Shown here: one piece after another, positions 59,801 to 64,000 of the stretch
How positions within the stretch are numbered: position 1 is the first letter of the stretch
Layout: every line of letters starts with the position of its first letter
Assembly: GCA_003175935.1 (NCBI GenBank)
Contig: PSRI01000064.1
Location: 10,831 to 74,830 of the forward strand
DNA length: 64,000 nt
Direction of reading: 5' to 3'
Origin: Bacteroidota bacterium
GTDB taxonomy: Bacteria; Bacteroidota; Bacteroidia; Chitinophagales; Chitinophagaceae
Program-made: the position numbers and the translations under genes
The notes under the pieces: generated by a model
The model's database searches: none
The model's input: the letters and a program-made list of their open reading frames with translations, nothing else
Told to the model about the DNA's origin: nothing

Positions 59801-60250
59801 GAGATTTACCATGACGCCGCTGGAATTGGGATAATTCAACATCGGCATTTTTCTAATGCCAGAGTCCTGGTAATAACCACTCGGACTTCCACCTGGCGCG
59901 GCAATGCCTTCATCCGGGCCGCCTCTTACCGTACGGGCAATCATTCCACCGGCATTCAGTGCCCAACCCAGTCCCACCCAACTCGCCAACTCAGAAACTC
60001 TAATTCCACTCGCGTGGTAACTGAGCGAGACAGAAAGTTTCGCAGCACCATCCTGCAAATTGTAAAGAGGAATACTAATGTTGGGTGTTCCTGTGTAATA
60101 ACTCACCGGGTAATCCGCATACTTACCGAGTGCACCTACATTGGGTGCCGGTTGCGTATAATTTCCTAAATACTTATAAGGAGGTGTAGTTTGAGATTGG
60201 CCAAGGCTAACAATTACAAAACAAGAGAGGGCCAGGATGATTTTTTTCAT
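56888..60250 (-). CDS. secreted protein with TcB/SpvB-N-like motif and terminal YD repeats (locus B; shorter paralogue of 31536-38414)
   Basis: Signal peptide MKKIILALSCFVIVSLGQSQ from the ATG at 60250 (the track used the TTG at 60268). YYTGTPNISIPLYNLQDGAAKLSVSLSYHASGIRVSELASWVGLGWALNAGGMIARTVRGGPDE parallels the locus A protein. KRLKLLSVREISGDG...PPYSFTY is also present. The C-terminal YTYDSLMRLIAIVSVNGTICYYDYDSFNRLLDIKDQYGN is YD-like. Confidence 0.85.
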   Translation of the reverse strand: MKKIILALSCFVIVSLGQSQTTPPYKYLGNYTQPAPNVGALGKYADYPVSYYTGTPNISIPLYNLQDGAAKLSVSLSYHASGIRVSELASWVGLGWALNAGGMIARTVRGGPDEGIAAPGGSPSGYYQDSGIRKMPMLNYPNSSGVMVNLTPQFEYFKQQLSAGKMDTEPDLFTFNFNGYTGKFVFDESRTPRMITEEDVKISVAYDGSNFTSWLITTPDGTRYYFGENNMHEVTAVTSNQTTTDFNTQKPSSWFLTRIIYPNTKDTVYFNYTTEAFSYYDLGQETKIFGGSGDVNMTQACTIIDPPMTIYKTTVTGLKLNNITSRNFNIKFIANTARQDLVGSSNQLDSVKIFNAQNQCIKQYLLSYSYFKSTTAANLPTGAAGYMGGDTSDTKRLKLLSVREISGDGLSTKPPYSFTYLENKQLPRRMSYDQDHWGYSNNYSGNSNKRFTPHVYNQICLNTNGEAANRNADTLSMKSFTIRTIKDPLGVTTTLDFEAHTSTQGSPFQFVGGLRIKKITTQDSLTSNVQVRSFDYGRGGVLYHTPQYLLFPQNEFYYTINWLFSGPTVSYQGYGFGPVYLRCAVRESQSVVPLQDFQGNPIGYPFVKETFGPSGEGGYKMYSYMADQFFNNTSRLSMYNYTGYTTVQSDYGPVTGYFGNGHFNDTLPQYLEYYFGGLLPDLYPAAPDQLDFRRGQQLGEDTYDSSGVLLRKVRNVFSEKYHEDYSIRGFKLFRHQNQTALYDDAMTFYKLRTGISHLVSTIITDYKDSKSMVTTHTYGYENDAHSLRTSDTTTNSVGDVMISKNYYSFDYTNTASSDSVFAKMSSRNMLLPIATRVWKNNQLIGGTITQYKDFATSGVDTFINPVKIYALETTVPLTQTQVGENVGFSSKYTTLLPSSYFVEKANFNVNGSTGKITDQKLVNDKNQAIIWDNNLNLPLAQVDNATFQDVAFNSFESPEKGNWNYTASAVVSDATAPTGAKAISLSSSSLSKSSLTSGKSYIVSYWKKSGSSVSISGGTTSNAITGRTVNGYQYNEVAVTGATTITVSGSGNIDEVSLYPANAQMSTYTYDSLMRLIAIVSVNGTICYYDYDSFNRLLDIKDQYGNIRKVFEYNYGELSR

Positions 60251-60274
60251 AGATGAATATGCAGTCAAATAATT

Positions 60275-61723
60275 TTAGAAATTATAACCCACCCTAAAAA
60301 TGAATGGATTGGTTCTGGGCACATGTCTCGTGGCTAAAAAATCGTAGAGTGCCTGCGCATTCCCTTTGAATTTTTTACCGAGACTGTATTTTTTACTAAA
60401 CCCCAGCAAAGCACTTTGCTGCCAGAGTGTATAGTTTTTGAAAATCTGCAAACTGGAAATACGTTTCATGTAATTCATTTCTGCACCTCCACTCAGCCAC
60501 CAGCCTCCTTTCACTTTCCAATCGATAAAAGATCGTAGACTTAATCCTTCTGCAGAAATGTGCATATGGTTCCAGTCTTTACCCCAACCCATCTTGTAAG
60601 AGCCACCAATGCCGATAATACTTTTCTGATTGATTTTATATCCTAGGGAAAAACCAAAATCAGAGGTCACAGGAAAATATCCATTCCCCCGGGATGATTG
60701 AAGGTTCATACCATATTCAAGCCTGTGCCAAAAAGATTTGGTCTTTTGCTGATTGGGCGTAAATGAAGGAGTATTCATCTCGCCATCTGAAGCACCCCCG
60801 AGTTGGTTAAGTTTACTCTTGAGTTGATTCAACTGATCCTTCGCCTGATCAAATTGCTGGTTGATCACTTGTTGTCCGTTAGGTCCGCCTGCCAATGCTC
60901 TTTGTTGAACGAGCTGTTGCACCTGTGTTCGCGTTTGAAGAGCAGGATTCACAGAGGCATTGGACCCTAATCCCGATGGAGCAAACAAAGAAGCAAGCAT
61001 GGAGTTTTTCGAAATGAAATCCTGAAATGCGGGAACATGATTTAAAACTTCAAGTAGTTTTTGTTCCACTTTGGATGGATCATTCAGAGTTTGTCTGAGC
61101 TCTTTTATCTGCTGACTATAATAGTAAACATCTTGCTGATATTTCCCGAAACACTTACTGATATTTTTGGGGAGGTTGGTGTATTTGGAAAGCAGGTTTT
61201 TAATTTGCTGTTGTCGTTCGAGTAATTGTATTTTGATGGCTTCTGTCTGATTGAGTTTATCTTTTAATTGTCGTACTTCCTCTAATGATTTGGCTATCCG
61301 ATCCTGCACTTCTTTACTTTCTGACAGTAGCGCTTTGCCTTGAGACAGGAATGATAACGATCCTTCTAAAGAATCCAAATATGGCATGTAGGGTCCAGAA
61401 AGAATCTTTGAAACTTTTTCTGACTTGGTATTCATCTTTGAAGCAAGCTTTTCATATCTGGCTGTAACATTTCCTAGAGCTTTTGCAGCCGAAGAATCAT
61501 ACTTTGAAATTTTGGAAGAAAGTTTTTGTTCCTGCCTGGATAAATTATTGAGGTATTGTGAGGTTTCGCAGGTAATCTTATGATCCAGCCCGGAAATTTT
61601 AGAATCAATTTGGTCAAAGTATTTCGAAGGAAGAGATGATAAATTCTGAAAACTGGAATCCTGCGCCCTGGTTAGTCCGTAAGCAAGGAGGCATAGCAAA
61701 AATAAAAAATAATACTTCTGCAA
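60275..61723 (-). CDS. outer-membrane protein: N-terminal coiled-coil region + C-terminal small beta-barrel (locus B)
   Basis: 482-aa ORF with signal peptide (M)QKYYFLFLLCLLAYGLTRAQ. It has ~300 aa of heptad-like Q/K/E/L-rich sequence. The C-terminal ~150 aa has alternating beta-strand patterns ending FIFRVGYNF. It lies 6 nt upstream of the SpvB-N-like gene stop-to-start junction region. Confidence 0.7.
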   Translation of the reverse strand: MQKYYFLFLLCLLAYGLTRAQDSSFQNLSSLPSKYFDQIDSKISGLDHKITCETSQYLNNLSRQEQKLSSKISKYDSSAAKALGNVTARYEKLASKMNTKSEKVSKILSGPYMPYLDSLEGSLSFLSQGKALLSESKEVQDRIAKSLEEVRQLKDKLNQTEAIKIQLLERQQQIKNLLSKYTNLPKNISKCFGKYQQDVYYYSQQIKELRQTLNDPSKVEQKLLEVLNHVPAFQDFISKNSMLASLFAPSGLGSNASVNPALQTRTQVQQLVQQRALAGGPNGQQVINQQFDQAKDQLNQLKSKLNQLGGASDGEMNTPSFTPNQQKTKSFWHRLEYGMNLQSSRGNGYFPVTSDFGFSLGYKINQKSIIGIGGSYKMGWGKDWNHMHISAEGLSLRSFIDWKVKGGWWLSGGAEMNYMKRISSLQIFKNYTLWQQSALLGFSKKYSLGKKFKGNAQALYDFLATRHVPRTNPFIFRVGYNF

Positions 61724-62101
61724 GGTTAGCGAGTTAGTTTGGTGTTAGTCAATCTTGGATCACAAAAATGTGGAATTGACGCAAATCAAAAAATATTTTT
61801 TTGTTAACGTAAAGGTTAACTCTTAACGTTTTCGTTTATACTATAACGTTAGTTTATTATAATCATTTTTAATTTTGTGATTTTAATAATATTCAATTCT
61901 CATTTCAATAATAAAATAGATTGAATAAATTTTATGAATTAAAATTTTTTTACACTTGTCTATCCTTATCTTTTCTAAATTCCAGTTCCATGAGATCTAT
62001 GATTTGGGACATATATCACAAAATTCTATTCTATTTCACAACTTCTTCAAGGGTTACGAAGAAAAAGATTTTTAAAATGGAATAAGAAGAAGGAAGGTGG
62101 G

Positions 62102-63502
62102 TTATTTCCCAATACAAAACTTACTAAATATGAAATCCAGCCGGTCTTCGTTTGTAATCTCACCTGTGATCTCTCCTAAATAATGCAAACACCTTCTGAT
62201 ATCAAGAGACAGGAGGTCCCCGGAGATCCGTGCATCCAGGCCCTTCCGTATGTCAGCCAATGATTTCGCTACCTCCTGGAGTGCAGCATAATGACGCGCA
62301 TTGGTAACAATAGTATGCTCAGTGTTAACCTGACCTTCGACCAAAACACCTGTGAGTTTGTCGCGCAATTCAGAAATATGACCGTGCTTTTTTGCTGAGA
62401 TAAAAATGATTTCTTCATTGTTGAATTTAGCTATGAGTTTTTTCTCTTCGCTTAAATCCATTTTGTTTCCGACGAGTATATAAGTCTGGTTAATGCCATC
62501 CATTTTGTTTATCTCTGCTTCTAAACCTTCTCTTGTTTCCTCATTAGCGTCGAACACATACATCACGATATCTGCAAGACGCATTTTCTCTAAACTCTTC
62601 TCCACACCTATTACTTCAATCTTATCACCACTGTCACGTATACCTGCAGTATCAATCAGTCGAAACAGAATTCCGTTGATGTTCAGAACTTCTTCAATGG
62701 TATCACGCGTAGTACCGGCAATTTCACTTACGATGGCCCTGTTTTCATTCAGCAAAGTATTCAGCAATGTACTTTTGCCGGCATTGGGCTTTCCTACGAT
62801 CGCTACATTTACGCCGTTCTTAATGACATTCCCTAACTTGAAAGAATCCATCAATTCCTGCGTGGAATTAGTGAGTTCTTCAATAAGTTGGTAGAATTCT
62901 TTTCTGTCAGCAAACTCCACATCTTCCGTTGCAAAATCCAGTTCCAGTTCTATAAGCGCTGAAAACCGAATCAGCTTTTCCCTGAGCTCATGAAGATTTT
63001 CAGAAAATCCTCCGCGAATATTTTTCAATGCAGTCTGGTGTGATGCCCGGGTATTGGAAGCAATTAAATCTGCAACAGCCTCTGCCTGCGTTAGATCAAG
63101 CTTTCCTTTCAAAAACGCTCGTTGGGTAAATTCTCCCGGCTTTGCAAGGCGGGCTCCCCTTTCAATCGTTGCATTGATAATTTGTTCCTGCACATAGGGT
63201 GAACCATGCGAAGAAATTTCCAACACGTCTTCGCCTGTGTATGACCGTGGGGAACGATATATGGATACAACCACTTCGTCGAGGGTTGTGATTCCATTTT
63301 TCAAAAGACCCACATGTAATGTATGAGTTGATTGTTTGGAGAGATCCTTTGAAGGGAACATCTCATTTACAATATCAAGTGCTTTTGCTCCGCTCAAACG
63401 AATCACTCCAATTGCGCCTATGCCTGGTGGTGTTGATAGGGCAACAATAGTATCATCCCAGCCTCCTAATTTTCCTAGCATTATGCAAAAATAAGGTTTC
63501 AC
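62102..63502 (-). CDS. mnmE: tRNA modification GTPase MnmE (TrmE)
   Basis: DTIVALSTPPGIGAIGVIRLSG N-terminus, G1 GKPNAGKSTLLN, G3 DTAGIR, G4 GNKMD and the invariant C-terminal FCIGK. The start may be the internal ATG at 63481. Confidence 0.95.
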   Translation of the reverse strand: MKPYFCIMLGKLGGWDDTIVALSTPPGIGAIGVIRLSGAKALDIVNEMFPSKDLSKQSTHTLHVGLLKNGITTLDEVVVSIYRSPRSYTGEDVLEISSHGSPYVQEQIINATIERGARLAKPGEFTQRAFLKGKLDLTQAEAVADLIASNTRASHQTALKNIRGGFSENLHELREKLIRFSALIELELDFATEDVEFADRKEFYQLIEELTNSTQELMDSFKLGNVIKNGVNVAIVGKPNAGKSTLLNTLLNENRAIVSEIAGTTRDTIEEVLNINGILFRLIDTAGIRDSGDKIEVIGVEKSLEKMRLADIVMYVFDANEETREGLEAEINKMDGINQTYILVGNKMDLSEEKKLIAKFNNEEIIFISAKKHGHISELRDKLTGVLVEGQVNTEHTIVTNARHYAALQEVAKSLADIRKGLDARISGDLLSLDIRRCLHYLGEITGEITNEDRLDFIFSKFCIGK

Positions 63503-63609
63503 GCTAAGACGCTAAGTTGCGCAAAGCCGCAGATTAAAGTATCGAGTACCTAGTATCTAGACGAATCAATAAACCAAAATCCACAAACAACAAACTACAA
63601 ACCACTAAA

Positions 63610-63641
63610 AACAAAAAAATCCCCGCATTGCTGCAGGGATT
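63610..63641 (-). terminator. rho-independent terminator after the TonB-C-like gene
   Basis: Hairpin ATCCCCGCA-TTGC-TGCAGGGAT (63619-63640). On the minus strand it is followed by TTTTTTTGTTTTT. Confidence 0.6.
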
Positions 63642-63664
63642 TATTATTTGAGTTTTCCTTTTTC

Positions 63665-64000
63665 TTATTGTTCTTCGATTTGGAAAGTTACCGGTTGTTT
63701 GCGGTAAGCTTTTACCTTGCGACCGTTTTGTTCGGCAGCAGTCCATTTCGGACCTTTCTTAATCGCGTTCACACAAATCTCAGCAAGTTTTGTTCCTTTC
63801 ATGCTCAGCGCTTCAACATCAGAGATATTACCTTCTTTGTCCACGATAAACTGTACAACGCAGGTTCCGCTTTGTCCGGATTCCTGAAGTTCATCAATGT
63901 ACTTTTCAATTTCTCTTTTGATGTATTTGTTCCATGCGCCTTCGCCACCAGGGAACTGTGCTTCAATTTCCACCTTCTGGAAGACCTTATCTTCATCTTC
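63665..64000 (-). CDS. TonB C-terminal-domain protein (N-terminus beyond the window end)
   Basis: AQFPGGEGAWNKYI...GTCVVQFIVDKEGNISDVEAL...WTAAEQNGRKVKAYRKQPVTF is a TonB_C-type fold pattern. The frame stays open to position 64000 (EDEDKVFQKVEIE...). Confidence 0.75.
   Translation of the reverse strand, partial: EDEDKVFQKVEIEAQFPGGEGAWNKYIKREIEKYIDELQESGQSGTCVVQFIVDKEGNISDVEALSMKGTKLAEICVNAIKKGPKWTAAEQNGRKVKAYRKQPVTFQIEEQ

Larger units (their letters stand above)
43073..62119. mobile_element. composite genomic-island region bounded and subdivided by copies of the mnmE 3' end (degenerate, no intact integrase)
   Basis: The 14-mer TTCCCAATACAAAA occurs at 43077-43090, 48883-48896 and 62106-62119 (the real mnmE end). 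A 1-mismatch copy lies at 47883-47896. All are in the same orientation and all encode FCIGK-stop on the minus strand. A tyrosine-recombinase fragment lies at 48942-49107. Confidence 0.55.

Noticed and set aside
63534-63746. 70-aa minus-strand ORF between mnmE and the TonB-like gene
   Set aside because: It spans the terminator hairpin and a low-complexity A/C-rich spacer, and it overlaps the better-supported TonB-C frame.
1-64000. Search for CRISPR arrays, tRNA/rRNA genes, T6SS (Hcp/VgrG/TssBC), T9SS C-terminal sorting domains, TcA-like or TpsB-like genes
   Set aside because: I found no regularly spaced direct repeats, no tRNA-like cloverleaf candidates in the intergenic regions I read, and no ORF with motifs of those secretion components. 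This absence is by eye only and should be confirmed with tRNAscan, Infernal and HMM searches.

Overview
All calls come from reading the sequence and the ORF track by eye. Domain names are motif-level recognitions, not database hits. The gene content looks like a Bacteroidota chromosome (my inference): Sec or lipoprotein signal peptides everywhere, polysaccharide-utilisation enzymes, and DUF6443-like/Rhs proteins. I saw no rRNA, tRNA or CRISPR array.

Layout:
(1) 1-11.2 kb is a hemicellulose (xylan/arabinoxylan) utilisation cluster: GH51, GH9, an unknown secreted protein, GH10, a GPH/MFS sugar symporter, GH43 and a CE1-like esterase. Two LacI/CcpA-type operator palindromes sit in its divergent promoter region.
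(2) 11.5-13.4 kb holds a DUF1080-like protein and an FMN-dependent alpha-hydroxy-acid dehydrogenase.
(3) 13.7-17.9 kb is a translationally coupled two-gene operon: a small membrane-anchored protein plus a 1117-aa protein with a PD-(D/E)xK/NERD-like core and a long TPR array. I treat it as a candidate uncharacterised defence-type module.
(4) 18.2-21.4 kb holds an MltF-like transglycosylase and an unusual fusion of a signal-peptidase-I-like domain with a membrane domain.
(5) 21.5-41.9 kb (locus A) and 49.5-61.7 kb (locus B) are two paralogous giant loci. Each encodes a coiled-coil/beta-barrel outer-membrane protein, a giant secreted protein with a TcB/SpvB-N-like motif, and an Ig-repeat-Rhs/YD polymorphic toxin. 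Locus B also has an immunity gene, and an orphan Rhs cassette with immunity genes lies at 43.4-47.8 kb. No T6SS, T9SS-CTD, TcA or two-partner-secretion genes are visible. This is my main candidate for an undescribed Rhs toxin delivery system.
(6) The last codons of mnmE (62102-62119, FCIGK-stop) recur as three decayed direct copies at 43.07, 47.88 and 48.88 kb. A tyrosine-recombinase fragment lies beside one of them. This implies serial island integration at the mnmE 3' end.
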